From a virus (lineage: Duplodnaviria; Caudoviricetes), in IMG/VR virus record IMGVR_UViG_3300036793_000172, positions 26,808-90,807 of that record: a stretch of DNA of 64,000 nucleotides. The stretch is one strand, 5' to 3'. This document shows positions 1 through 9,581 of the stretch, piece after piece (position 1 is the stretch's first letter; every line of letters starts with the position of its first letter). Position numbers and translations under genes: made by a program. The notes below the pieces were generated by a model, which worked only from the letters and a program-made list of their open reading frames with translations, made no database searches and was not told the DNA's origin.

Positions 1-440
1 GCCAGGGCTCCGACGGTAATCGTGTCGTTGTCGGAGATGTCGACCACGGTGCAGTTGTGGTAGTTCTTCCCGCGCGGACGGCCACCGCCCGGAGGCTGGA
101 TCACCGTCTGGCAGGTCACGTACGCGGGGTTCGCGGCCAGCACCTGGAACACGTCCACGATGTTGCTGGTGCCTGCCAGGCCGAACAGCTGCTCCCACAC
201 CCACGTGTTCCACAGCTCGCGGATGGTGAGGTTCAGCGTGCCGCCCGCGAGCACGCGGGAAGTCGCGATCTCGATGGGGTGGCGCTCGCCCAGAGGCTGA
301 ATGAACTGGTACCCCTGACCGGCGTCGGAGAAAGCGCGCTGGCCGCTGTCCTCGACGCCTTCGAGGAAGGCGATCGGGTGTCCGTTGTACGAGAACGTGG
401 TAAAACCGCTGCCGACTACGCGGACCTGAGTATTGGGCAT
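1..440 (-). CDS. Tail tube protein (3' end runs off the window)
   Basis: Not in the ORF track. ATG at 440 after AGGAG; reads MPNTQVRVVGSGFTTFSYNGHPIAFLEGV...LTIRELWN...YHNCTVVDI; directly downstream of the sheath gene. Confidence 0.8.
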   Translation of the reverse strand, partial: MPNTQVRVVGSGFTTFSYNGHPIAFLEGVEDSGQRAFSDAGQGYQFIQPLGERHPIEIATSRVLAGGTLNLTIRELWNTWVWEQLFGLAGTSNIVDVFQVLAANPAYVTCQTVIQPPGGGRPRGKNYHNCTVVDISDNDTITVGAL

Positions 441-456
441 TGTTCAGCTGCTCCTA

Positions 457-1953
457 TCAGGCCGCAGTGCTTGTGCTGGTGAGGTCGGTGGAACCGCTCG
501 TGGTGTCGACGGTGAAGTTGACCAGGATGTAGTTCAACGGCCACGTCGGCTTGTAGGCGAACATGACCTCGATGACCGTCGGGTCACCCGAGGGCGGGTT
601 CTGTTCGCGCACTGCGAGGTTGTTGTAGTCGTTGATGACCCCCGTCGACTTCGCTGTCTCCAGCGCGCCGGACACGATGGACTTCACCGACAAGGCGGTG
701 TTGTCGTCGATCGGGATACCGATCAGCCCGGCCGACTGCAACGAGTCTTCGAGCAGGTTGTATAGCGAGTCCTGCGCCCGGACCAGCGAGATCTCGCGGG
801 TGAGCACGCCGCCCGCGTAGTTGGTCGTCAGACCGTGCCGGATGATCAGGGCGCCGTTGCGGGCCACCTCGGTCACCGTGACGCCCGCCGAGGCGAGCGT
901 GTTCTTGTTCGGGGTCGTGAGGGCCTGCTGGACGGTTGTCGGGATCCCGCTGAAGCCCGCGAGGTACTTGCGGGTGAGCGGCATCTGCGGTGTCTGCCGG
1001 GCCAGCACGCCCGCGTAGGCGGCAGCCAGGTAGAAGCCGTCCAGAGTGGACGTGGAGTTGGTGTAGCCGTTGTAGTAATTCAGCTGATTCGGCCACGCCA
1101 GCACGATGCGCTTGGACGCAACGGACGCCAGGGTCACCACATCCGACGTGGCGGCCACGACCGACTGGTCGAAGCCGACGATCGCCATCCGCAGTGCTCG
1201 GTTGTTCGCGTCGGCCAGCAGGGCCGCGTTCAGGGTGGCGAGCATGCCACCCAGCGCCGACAGGCTGGTGATGCCGTCCCAGAGGGGCACGACCACGTTC
1301 ACCGAGGTGTTCGAGCCCGCGAGGAGCTGGTACGCCTGGGCGAACTGGTTCGCCACGGTTCCCTGGGTCGTGTCGAGCGCGATGGCGTAAATCCGTTGCG
1401 CGCCGTTCTGGATTGCCACCTGCGCGGCCATCGAGAGCGGGCTCACCAGGTTGCCGGTGGCCGGGTCGAGCGCCGGTCCGTAGGTGTCCTGGAAGGACGC
1501 GAAGTCCTCGAAGTAGTTGAGCGAGTGGTAGTTCACGTCTGTGTACTTATACGTGACGGTCACCTGGGGGAAGCCGACCTCGATCGCGCCGCCAGACGAC
1601 TTGGTGATCGTCGTGACCGACTTGTCGACGCCCGCCGTGGTGTCGGTGGTGATCGAGTAGTCGTGGGGGACCGACGTGTCGTCCTTGACGAACGTGTGCG
1701 GGATGCTCTGCCCGCTCGCATTCGGGTCGGTGACGTACCCGGTGACCACGATGGAGGCCGCGTTGATGCCCTTCTGCGTCAGCACGGCTGACGTGGTGGA
1801 CGCGAACGACACCGTCTCGGAGAACGTGTGGTAACCCACCCCGGAGCCGATCAGGCAGATGACCGTTGGATCAATGCCCACCGGCACGAGCGTGGGCGTA
1901 GCGCCCGCGTCCACGTACACGTCAGGCGGCACATAGCTGGCGAAGTCGACCAA
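457..1953 (-). CDS. Tail sheath protein
   Basis: 498 aa; sheath-type N-terminus (YVPPDVYV) and C-terminus (IIRHGLTT...ISLVRAQD...FAYKPTWPLNYILVNF). Confidence 0.9.
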   Translation of the reverse strand: MVDFASYVPPDVYVDAGATPTLVPVGIDPTVICLIGSGVGYHTFSETVSFASTTSAVLTQKGINAASIVVTGYVTDPNASGQSIPHTFVKDDTSVPHDYSITTDTTAGVDKSVTTITKSSGGAIEVGFPQVTVTYKYTDVNYHSLNYFEDFASFQDTYGPALDPATGNLVSPLSMAAQVAIQNGAQRIYAIALDTTQGTVANQFAQAYQLLAGSNTSVNVVVPLWDGITSLSALGGMLATLNAALLADANNRALRMAIVGFDQSVVAATSDVVTLASVASKRIVLAWPNQLNYYNGYTNSTSTLDGFYLAAAYAGVLARQTPQMPLTRKYLAGFSGIPTTVQQALTTPNKNTLASAGVTVTEVARNGALIIRHGLTTNYAGGVLTREISLVRAQDSLYNLLEDSLQSAGLIGIPIDDNTALSVKSIVSGALETAKSTGVINDYNNLAVREQNPPSGDPTVIEVMFAYKPTWPLNYILVNFTVDTTSGSTDLTSTSTAA

Positions 1954-2027
1954 TGTGATGCAGCCCCTTCGTGGATACGCTGAACGCCTTCATCTCTTCA
2001 GGGCAGATCAGCGCGAAGGCACAGGCT

Positions 2028-2705
2028 TCAGACCCAACCGGCCTGCGTGCGCTCCCAATCTCCTGGTGTGGGCGGGACCGTGGTCGAACCGGGCTCATCC
2101 GGGAACTTCGGGGCCGGGGAGCCGTCCAGGTAGTTGATAAACGTGACTGCCGACAAGGGAACCAGCGTCGCTGTGTTCGGGTCGCCGACGAATTCGCCGA
2201 TCAGGTCGAATGACAAGGATTTCTCGTAGATGATCTCGTCCGTTCCCCACGGGGTGCCCATGGCGGCCGAGTCGCCGAAGGGCCGCAGGTCGTCGAAGTT
2301 CGCGTTCATCCCGATGAAGTCGTTGTTCTCGATCTTGTCGCGGAAGACCTGGAGGTTCTGGTTCTCCTCGCCGAAGGCGAAGACGCGCACCACCTCGTCG
2401 TAGAGCCGGTCGCGCTCCAGCGAGGACAGCGCGCTCACGGTGATGGTGACGGTTCCCTTGAAACGCCAACGGTGCACGGGGGTGAAGGTGTTGTTCGAGT
2501 TGTGCACATACTCGACGTGACCGATCCCGGCCGTCACCAGCTCGTCGTTGTCCTCGTACTGGATCCACAGGCCCGGGTAGTCGGCCTGCTTGACCGGGTA
2601 TTCGATCGAGATGTTCACGGCTCGGAAATCCGGCTCTGGGTAGGTCGTGGTGAAGACCGAGCGCAACGCTTCGGTGACGGCGCTTTTAAGAGGTACAAGG
2701 TAGAT
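2028..2705 (-). CDS. Tail completion/neck protein (start uncertain)
   Basis: Frame is open upstream of the TTG at 2666 to an ATC at 2705, 9 nt after GGAGG; position just before the sheath gene. Confidence 0.65.
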   Translation of the reverse strand: MYLVPLKSAVTEALRSVFTTTYPEPDFRAVNISIEYPVKQADYPGLWIQYEDNDELVTAGIGHVEYVHNSNNTFTPVHRWRFKGTVTITVSALSSLERDRLYDEVVRVFAFGEENQNLQVFRDKIENNDFIGMNANFDDLRPFGDSAAMGTPWGTDEIIYEKSLSFDLIGEFVGDPNTATLVPLSAVTFINYLDGSPAPKFPDEPGSTTVPPTPGDWERTQAGWV

Positions 2706-2721
2706 GGCGACTGCCCTCCTT

Positions 2722-3456
2722 TCAGGACGAGATCTTCAATCCCTTGCGCTTCGCAAGGGAATCCCACTCGGCCCCGTCGCAGGCGTAGACCGTCTGAAGA
2801 AGGAAACCAGACTCGAAGGCCGTGCGGGAGATCGCGGAGTTGATGTACTGGCTCGCGTGCAGGCCCGGGTGCCGCCAGCGGACACCCACGTTCCCGGCCC
2901 CGATCTGGCCGCCGACGAGTCCCCGGGGCGTGTTGGGTGCTCCGGCTACCCGGCGGCTGATGCGCCCGGGAGCGCCCGGGTAGGAGGCCACGGTGGTGGT
3001 CGTCTCCATGGCACCGGTGACGGGGTTCTTCCGGCGCGTGATCTTGCGCTGGCCGATCTTGGCGGCCTTGCGGAAGATGAGCACCTGCACCCGGCCGTCG
3101 TCGGTGGTGCGGACCCGCGTCTTGGGGTTCTTCGCCCGGATCGAGCCGTCATCGTCGGACACCCACATCGGGATGGTCTTGCCCGCGAGGTTCCTCATGG
3201 TGAAGGGCTTCGTGCCGCGTTCCTGGAACCATGTCCAGAAGTCAGGGAAATACACCCCGAAGAACCCCTGCCCGTAGACGGGCAGGAGCCGGTTCGCGGT
3301 CGCGCCGGTGACGCGGGGCATCATCTGCCGGGCGGCGTACACCGCGTTGATCGCCATGTAGCGCGCGGACATCGCATCCAGCTCTTCGAGGAGCATGACC
3401 ATCCGGTCCGGCGTTCCCGCGCCGAACTGGAGCTGGGGTGCGATGAGGTCAGGCAC
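2722..3456 (-). CDS. Putative neck/tail completion protein
   Basis: 244 aa, basic; start overlaps the upstream stop; located in the neck block. Confidence 0.65.
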   Translation of the reverse strand: MPDLIAPQLQFGAGTPDRMVMLLEELDAMSARYMAINAVYAARQMMPRVTGATANRLLPVYGQGFFGVYFPDFWTWFQERGTKPFTMRNLAGKTIPMWVSDDDGSIRAKNPKTRVRTTDDGRVQVLIFRKAAKIGQRKITRRKNPVTGAMETTTTVASYPGAPGRISRRVAGAPNTPRGLVGGQIGAGNVGVRWRHPGLHASQYINSAISRTAFESGFLLQTVYACDGAEWDSLAKRKGLKISS

Positions 3457-3676
3457 GGTCGATGTCCTGGCCGTTCAGCCACGGGTCGACCTGATCCTCT
3501 TCGAGCAGCTGCACGGTGAAGTTACCGTCGGGCCAGTGGATGCCGACCCATCGCTTCTCGGGGCTGTAGTGCTGCACGGTGGGCTGCAAGTGGTACGCGG
3601 TGTCCGGGACCGGCATGACCAGCCGCTCGGGCGCGTTCGGCAACCTGAGCGACCGTGGCCGGTGTGAGTTCTCCAT
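3449..3676 (-). CDS. Hypothetical protein
   Basis: 75 aa, GGAG SD, packed between neighbours. Confidence 0.65.
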   Translation of the reverse strand: MENSHRPRSLRLPNAPERLVMPVPDTAYHLQPTVQHYSPEKRWVGIHWPDGNFTVQLLEEDQVDPWLNGQDIDRA

Positions 3677-3683
3677 CGCTCTC

Positions 3684-4418
3684 CTAGTCGAGCAGGCTCG
3701 GGGGGATCAGCGGGCCGTTGATCACTTCCACGTCGGTGAAGGTACGCGGCTCGTACCCGGTGCGGGTCAGGATCTCGGTGACCGCCGAGGAATCAACCGG
3801 CGGCAACAGGAACGCAACGGTGCCGTGTTCCTCGTACCGGGCTTCGATCTTGTGATAGGTCAGCGAGGTCTGGATCTGCTCGGGGTGCCGGAAGCCGGTG
3901 CGCAGCGTGACCCGCGAGGGGGAGTCCGGCACCCGCCAGCGGGATCCGTCGGCGCGGAGGATGAAGTCGCCCTTGCGCATCCGGAAGTCCCATGTGGTCT
4001 CTACCGACACTCGCTCAGGGTGCACGACACCGCGCGCGACGAGTTCTTCCTTCTCGTCGAGGTCGGCCCAGATGGACGGACGGACGATCTTCGCGCGGAT
4101 GCCGCCCTCGAAGGTGGTGCCGTAGCAGTCCGGGCACTCGTTCTGGGTGGGCTGGTTGTACACGTCGGCGATGCGGTGCTGGACCGTACCCGTTGTGCCG
4201 TAACAACGTTGGCACCGTCCGACCAGTCCGTCCTGGAGGTCGATCAACGACCACATGAGCACGAACATCGAGTACTCGCCCACCTGGTACAAGGCTTGCG
4301 CGTGACGCATGCGCTCCTGGGTCGTCGCCCAATCCTCCTTCTGCCGCAACCACAAGGAGTCGCTGTCGACCGGATCGATGTCGCTGATCGAACTCGGTCG
4401 TTGAATCGGAAAGGGCAT
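3684..4418 (-). CDS. Putative head-tail connector protein with Zn-ribbon
   Basis: 244 aa; CQRC and CPDC pairs; neck block position. Confidence 0.65.
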   Translation of the reverse strand: MPFPIQRPSSISDIDPVDSDSLWLRQKEDWATTQERMRHAQALYQVGEYSMFVLMWSLIDLQDGLVGRCQRCYGTTGTVQHRIADVYNQPTQNECPDCYGTTFEGGIRAKIVRPSIWADLDEKEELVARGVVHPERVSVETTWDFRMRKGDFILRADGSRWRVPDSPSRVTLRTGFRHPEQIQTSLTYHKIEARYEEHGTVAFLLPPVDSSAVTEILTRTGYEPRTFTDVEVINGPLIPPSLLD

Positions 4419-4429
4419 GATCCCTCCTT

Positions 4430-6682
4430 TCAGTACAGTTCAGCCCAGATCCGGAATCGCCACGGAACGATGACCCCGGCACCCGGAGCAGTGTTGTTGA
4501 CGTTCTCGAAAAGGTTACTGGCCTGGGCAGAAATCACCGCCGTGTCTCCCGAGAATCCCGAGAGACAGAACCCGAGACCAGTCCGCCCTTGGTAGTTGAT
4601 GACCTCGGTGGCCCCGACGAACAGGCTGGCCACGGCCGAAGCGGGATAGGAAACGGCCAGTACCACCACGTACCCGGCTGGAATCCACACCGGCGCACCA
4701 GACAGGCCAGTGTCAATCAGAGCGCTTGCGATGGGGGATGTTCCACTGCTGCCCACCACGACAGCGGTGGCGCTAGTCGGATCTCCGGAACGCCAGCCAA
4801 AGGTGGTCCCTGACGACACAACTCCCAGTTTGGCTGGATCCGCGCCCGCCAAAACGGTCCACTGTCGAGCTGGTGCGGTGCCGGTGAAACTGCCTGTGGC
4901 AAAACGGAAGCCGTAGTAGTAGCGGCCAGGAGAAACGTCCAAGACCGTCCACATCGTGCCCGCGTTGGTGAGGCTCGGCGAACCAGAGGTAGCCAGAACA
5001 CGTGGCATCGACTGCACCGGGGGTTCGCCGACCGGGCGATACGACGGCATCGCGATCGGCATCATCTGCCGACCGTAAATCACGGGCTCCAGCTGTTGAG
5101 CTGTATAGACGGCTTGAACTGTCGCAGAGAAAGTATTTGGATGCGCACCATCGGCCGTGTAGATGGTGGCTCCCGCGCCTGGGTTCCATTTCCAGCTCGT
5201 CTGTGGGTCAGCGATGAGCGCACGCCAGTCGACAAGCCCATCGAGAGGATGACCGCGCTGCCCAACCTTGGCCGTACTGCCGTCCGGGATCGTGATCGAG
5301 GCGCCGGACTGAGAAAGCCACATCGAAATCTGGCCGTACACGCTGGTCAAGTACGACGCGTCGTCGGTCGGGTTCTGGGTTGTGTTGACCGCGCCCGCGT
5401 TGGTGAACCGGGACTGATTCGCCGTGGTGGCCCAAGCGTCCGAGCTGGCCGAGAGTGGAGTGGGGTAGCCCGAGTAGACGGGGGTGCCCGTAGCGCCGAG
5501 CATCGTCCACATTGTCTGCATGGCCGACTTCACCTGTGCCACAGTGAGGTTGGCGTTGATGTCGTTCATGGCCAGGTTGGTGATCACACCGCTGCACCGG
5601 GCAACGACGGACATCTGCCAGGGTGCGTTGTCCGGCACGTAGCAGCCCGCACGGTTGCCGCCCTGGGCGATGCGCCACCAGCTGTGTCCGTCGACTGACC
5701 TCGGGAAGATCCCGGCTGGTTCGCCGTCGCGGCAGTCCCCACCCGTGCCCTGCACAAGCGAGTCGCCGAACAAGGCGACGCACCGCTTGGTCGGGATGTT
5801 CCCGGTGATCGCCGTGGCGAACGGGATCTTCATCCAAGAGGATGCCGTCGTAGAGTTCGCTGTGGTGGTGTTGCCGTTCGTCTGCGTGGTGACGCCGGTG
5901 TCGCACAGAGCCGAGCCGACGGCCGGAAGGCTCGTCGAAGTGGAGTCCAGCACCCAATCCACAAAGGGCGCTGTGTTGCTCGCTCCGCTGGCTCCTGCGT
6001 ACGGCAGGTACCCGGTGGCCGATCCGGTGTCGAAGCCGCCCAGGATGGCAATGCAGTCGCCCTGGCGGGTCTTCTCCAGCAGCGGGATCGGCCGGGACTT
6101 GCGGTAGTCGCCTGCGGCAAACACCACCGTGCCGCTGGTGTCGGTCTGGGTGTCCCAGTTGACCACGTACCGGTTCACCTGGCGCCAGTACGCGGAACCA
6201 GTAGCCGGGGTCTGCCCGGTCCCGGCCTGGATGCACACCCAACTCGATCCGCCGGAGGTCACCTGGTCGAGCAATGCGTACGCAGTGCCCGACGCATAGG
6301 CCGTGGAGCTGGACACCAAGCGCGGGTTTCCCGCCGGGTACTCGATGGTCATGCGAGCAGTGACGCTCTGCTGTCCGGCGATCTCGCAGGATGCGTTGCC
6401 CGCCTGCGGTGTGTTGCTCGTCCAGATGTTCGCCCACTCGACCTGGAGCGTGTCCGCACCGGAGGCGATCACCCGGAGGAGCTTGCGCGTCTGGCGGCAG
6501 CGGGTCTGGATCAGCCCGGCCGTCGCCGTCGCACCGCCGTTGCCGTTGAAGTGGGTTCCATTGGCCACGGGGAGGAACGTCTTCGCCTGTGCGTCCACGT
6601 ACTGTCTCGTGACCGCTTGCAGCGCGGTCGCCGGATCAGCGGGCAACTGCACGGGCCCACCGAACTGCATCGGTGTCGTCAC
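4430..6682 (-). CDS. Virion-associated SGNH/GDSL esterase with CBM5/12-like module
   Basis: SGNH blocks ALFGDSL, QGG, NLAMND, DGAHP; AYxSGTAY..DQVT..GSSWVC....G.TP......YW resembles a chitin-binding module. Confidence 0.75.
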   Translation of the reverse strand: MTTPMQFGGPVQLPADPATALQAVTRQYVDAQAKTFLPVANGTHFNGNGGATATAGLIQTRCRQTRKLLRVIASGADTLQVEWANIWTSNTPQAGNASCEIAGQQSVTARMTIEYPAGNPRLVSSSTAYASGTAYALLDQVTSGGSSWVCIQAGTGQTPATGSAYWRQVNRYVVNWDTQTDTSGTVVFAAGDYRKSRPIPLLEKTRQGDCIAILGGFDTGSATGYLPYAGASGASNTAPFVDWVLDSTSTSLPAVGSALCDTGVTTQTNGNTTTANSTTASSWMKIPFATAITGNIPTKRCVALFGDSLVQGTGGDCRDGEPAGIFPRSVDGHSWWRIAQGGNRAGCYVPDNAPWQMSVVARCSGVITNLAMNDINANLTVAQVKSAMQTMWTMLGATGTPVYSGYPTPLSASSDAWATTANQSRFTNAGAVNTTQNPTDDASYLTSVYGQISMWLSQSGASITIPDGSTAKVGQRGHPLDGLVDWRALIADPQTSWKWNPGAGATIYTADGAHPNTFSATVQAVYTAQQLEPVIYGRQMMPIAMPSYRPVGEPPVQSMPRVLATSGSPSLTNAGTMWTVLDVSPGRYYYGFRFATGSFTGTAPARQWTVLAGADPAKLGVVSSGTTFGWRSGDPTSATAVVVGSSGTSPIASALIDTGLSGAPVWIPAGYVVVLAVSYPASAVASLFVGATEVINYQGRTGLGFCLSGFSGDTAVISAQASNLFENVNNTAPGAGVIVPWRFRIWAELY

Positions 6683-6716
6683 GTCATCCTCCTAGTCTCC
6701 GCGCCAATTGCCTTTC

Positions 6717-7013
6717 TCAGGCAGCTACCTTCACGTAAGTGAAGTGCCACATGATGACGACAGGCTCGGTGAATCCTTCGGCGCAGGTGAAGTCCGCGTA
6801 GAACTTATTGGTGAAGTACGTGGTGTCGTCGATGTAAGCCTTGGTCACAAAAACCTTGTCAGGGCGCGGGTTTTCGATGCCCCATGAGACGAACAACGTC
6901 TGTCCGGGGCAGTCCAGCTCATAGCTGTTGTCCTGACCGGGGGTGACCGTCTGAGGCGTCGCCGTGTTGTCCAACTCGAACCCGACACCGAACGGCAGAT
7001 TCTTGACTACCAT
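6717..7013 (-). CDS. Small beta-rich protein, probable paralogue of 7716-8006
   Basis: 98 aa; shares SWG and terminal WxFxxxKV pattern with 7716-8006. Confidence 0.65.
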   Translation of the reverse strand: MVVKNLPFGVGFELDNTATPQTVTPGQDNSYELDCPGQTLFVSWGIENPRPDKVFVTKAYIDDTTYFTNKFYADFTCAEGFTEPVVIMWHFTYVKVAA

Positions 7014-7024
7014 GTGACTCCCTC

Positions 7025-7714
7025 TCAGAAGAACGCGAAGAACCCGCTGGTGTCAACGGGTGTGCTGGTGCTGGGGACGGGGGTCGACATCCAGGTGGAG
7101 ATGCTGGCCGACTCGTCGGTGTTGAAGTAGCGGACGTCGTCGACCACGCCAGGGCCGATACTGCTGACGCCGGAGATGTTCATGCCCGCGACGACGAAGT
7201 TAGTCGTACTGGCCAGCGTTCCAGTGTTGGCCAGGATCGCCACCTGAGTGCCGTCCTTGAACAATTTCAAATTGGTGCCGTCGAAGGTGAGAGCCACGTG
7301 AGACCAGGTGCCGACCGTGAGCGCGGTTCCGTTGACGGCAACCAGGCCGCCAAGCCGCGCGTCCCCCTGAAGGACGTTCGACGTGGAGAAGTCACCTCGC
7401 TGACACCAGATGGCGAAGTCAGTCGAGCCGCTGGTCTGCATGGCCCCGCAGATCAGTTGCGCGTCGCCCGCTGGCAGCGAGGAGGGTTTGATCCACGCCA
7501 TTACCGTGCACGTGGCCCCCGAAACGGCAGGGACGGTACCGCTGGCGCCCGTGGTGTTGGTGCCGAGGCTGTTCTGGAAACCCGCGTTCGTGTGCCCGGA
7601 CGCCGTGTAGCTGCCACTGCCGACGGTGAGCGTGTGGCTGTTGCCGGAGTCGTCGACAATCGTCGTGCCGGACCCGGCGTCAAAGCTGTACGCAGCCAGC
7701 GGTGTTCCGGGCAT
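7025..7714 (-). CDS. LamG/concanavalin A-like domain virion protein
   Basis: AYSFDAGSGT...TVMAWIKP...WSHVALTFDGTNLKLFKDG...DDVRYF. Confidence 0.85.
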   Translation of the reverse strand: MPGTPLAAYSFDAGSGTTIVDDSGNSHTLTVGSGSYTASGHTNAGFQNSLGTNTTGASGTVPAVSGATCTVMAWIKPSSLPAGDAQLICGAMQTSGSTDFAIWCQRGDFSTSNVLQGDARLGGLVAVNGTALTVGTWSHVALTFDGTNLKLFKDGTQVAILANTGTLASTTNFVVAGMNISGVSSIGPGVVDDVRYFNTDESASISTWMSTPVPSTSTPVDTSGFFAFF

Positions 7715-7715
7715 C

Positions 7716-8006
7716 TCAGCCCACCTTGAGCAAGACGAAAGTCCAAGTCAGCGAAACGTCCTGGTCAGCGTAACTAAGGCTTCGGAACACTCCCCAAAAG
7801 GCGTTGTTGTCATTGATGGTCGCGTTCCGGATGTGCACTTCCGGCCATCCACCCCTCACGCCCCAGGAGAGAATCTTGTGTCCCTCCGGCGGTGTGTAAA
7901 TGTAATCGTCCACGTCGCCGTTGCTGCCATTGGCCGGGATCGACCGAGTAACAGTGTCATAGACCAGTTCCGGGTCCACACTGGCGTCAATGGTGATCTT
8001 CGACAT
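7716..8006 (-). CDS. Small beta-rich protein
   Basis: 96 aa; SWG and WTFVLLKV; visibly more AT-rich than its neighbours. Confidence 0.65.
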   Translation of the reverse strand: MSKITIDASVDPELVYDTVTRSIPANGSNGDVDDYIYTPPEGHKILSWGVRGGWPEVHIRNATINDNNAFWGVFRSLSYADQDVSLTWTFVLLKVG

Positions 8007-8015
8007 TCACTTCTC

Positions 8016-8660
8016 CTAGAATCCCTTAGACAGCGCGATGACGTACCACTTCGAAGTCGTGGAGTTGTAGACCGCGCCGAGCATGTCCCTTTTGGACGCC
8101 GTGGTCGTCAGGGTGACCGAGGGGATCGTGGTGCCCAGCGCGAAGGCCGTGTCGAGGGTGATGGTGCGTGAACCGGTGGCGTCCTGGATCAGTTCCCAGA
8201 TGATCTTCTGGCCGTCGACTGGGTTGGTCGGGTTGCCCAGAGTCCGGTTGCCGCCGAGCGTTACGCGAAAGTAGTTGCCCAGGGAGGCATTCGTGGCAAC
8301 CGTTGCCGCGTCGGTAAGGGTTACCGGTGGGGGCTGGTAACCACCAGCGGAGAGGCCTCCCTCGATCCGTACCGTGTACTGCCCGGACGTGGGGGCCGTG
8401 GTGAAGGTCAGCGTCGCGGTGTTCGCCGTCGTCGCCTGGTTCGGCACGACGACTTCGTTGCCCGACGTATCCCTGACGGTGACCATGATCGCCGACGTGT
8501 TGAGGTTGTGAGTGACGACAGCCGAGGTCGAGCCGGAAGGCACCGTTCCCGTGTAGACAGCGACAAGCCGCGTATCGACGTACTGCTTGGTCGAATAGTC
8601 CAGCGCCACGGCTGGATCCAGCGGTGCTTGCTTCCGCGAAATCGCGACCCTTGTCGCCAT
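8016..8660 (-). CDS. Fibre/decoration-type structural protein
   Basis: THNL module plus DA..GNYFRVTLGGNRTLGNPTN..DGQ..IWELIQDATGSRT domain. Confidence 0.7.
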   Translation of the reverse strand: MATRVAISRKQAPLDPAVALDYSTKQYVDTRLVAVYTGTVPSGSTSAVVTHNLNTSAIMVTVRDTSGNEVVVPNQATTANTATLTFTTAPTSGQYTVRIEGGLSAGGYQPPPVTLTDAATVATNASLGNYFRVTLGGNRTLGNPTNPVDGQKIIWELIQDATGSRTITLDTAFALGTTIPSVTLTTTASKRDMLGAVYNSTTSKWYVIALSKGF

Positions 8661-9577
8661 CAGATCACCTTCTGGACGACCACCGTGTACTCGCCGGAAG
8701 CCATGGCGATGTCCGGTGTGATGCCGATGGTGGTGGTGGTGTCGCGGGTGATGTAGACCTCGACCTCATCGTAGGGAGAAGCGGTGCGGTACACCGCCAC
8801 CGTGATCGCCTTCGAGCCGAGACCGTGCGTCACAGTCCACGTGTTGCCCGCCGTCACGACCGGGCTCGTGGTCGTGTAGCCCGTGTCGTTGTCCGCCGAC
8901 GCCGCCGGGTTGAGGAAGACGAACGTGCCGGTCGTCGTGCCGAGGGTGAACGAGTCGTTCGAGAGGATCGCCAGCTGGTTGTCGAACGAGCCCTGCTGCA
9001 CGACCCACATCGAGCCCGGCGACGCCAGGGCCGTGGTGTTCCAGTTCGAGGCGTAAGCCATGGCCGCACCGGCGGCAGTCCACACGCGCGGGCCGTTCTC
9101 TGCACCGGTGGTCTGCCCGGTCAGCAGGAACACATCACCGGCCGTCGGCGTCACGCCGTCGATGGTGGCCGGGGCCGAGGTGACCGAAACGTTCGACGCT
9201 GTCGCGGCCCGGACCTTGCCCTTGAACACGAGGCCCGCCGACAGGGCGGCGACGGCGTTGTCCACGTAGTTCTTCGTGGACGCGTCCTGCGCGCTGCTCG
9301 GGTCGAGCAGACCGGTGATCTTCTGGCTGTTCCAGGCGACGGCGCTGGTCGGCGCCGCGAATTGGTCGAGCCGCTTGGACTGGATCGCGGTGTCCCAGTC
9401 GTTGATCGCCGTGTGGTCTGTCGTCGTCGATCCACGGTTCGCCAGCGACGCGCCAAAGGCGGCGGCGGCGTCGACTTGCTGCTTGGTGGCTCCGTCAGTG
9501 GTGGACGAACCGTCGGCCATGTTGACGACCTTCAGCCCTCCCATGTCCTTCTGGGAGATTGCCTTCTTCGCTGTCAT
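8660..9577 (-). CDS. Fibre/decoration-type structural protein
   Basis: KITGLLDPSSAQDASTKNYVD fibre motif, KVRAAT..NV..IDGV motif, C-terminal THGL module. Confidence 0.7.
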   Translation of the reverse strand: MTAKKAISQKDMGGLKVVNMADGSSTTDGATKQQVDAAAAFGASLANRGSTTTDHTAINDWDTAIQSKRLDQFAAPTSAVAWNSQKITGLLDPSSAQDASTKNYVDNAVAALSAGLVFKGKVRAATASNVSVTSAPATIDGVTPTAGDVFLLTGQTTGAENGPRVWTAAGAAMAYASNWNTTALASPGSMWVVQQGSFDNQLAILSNDSFTLGTTTGTFVFLNPAASADNDTGYTTTSPVVTAGNTWTVTHGLGSKAITVAVYRTASPYDEVEVYITRDTTTTIGITPDIAMASGEYTVVVQKVI

Positions 9578-9581
9578 CGGC

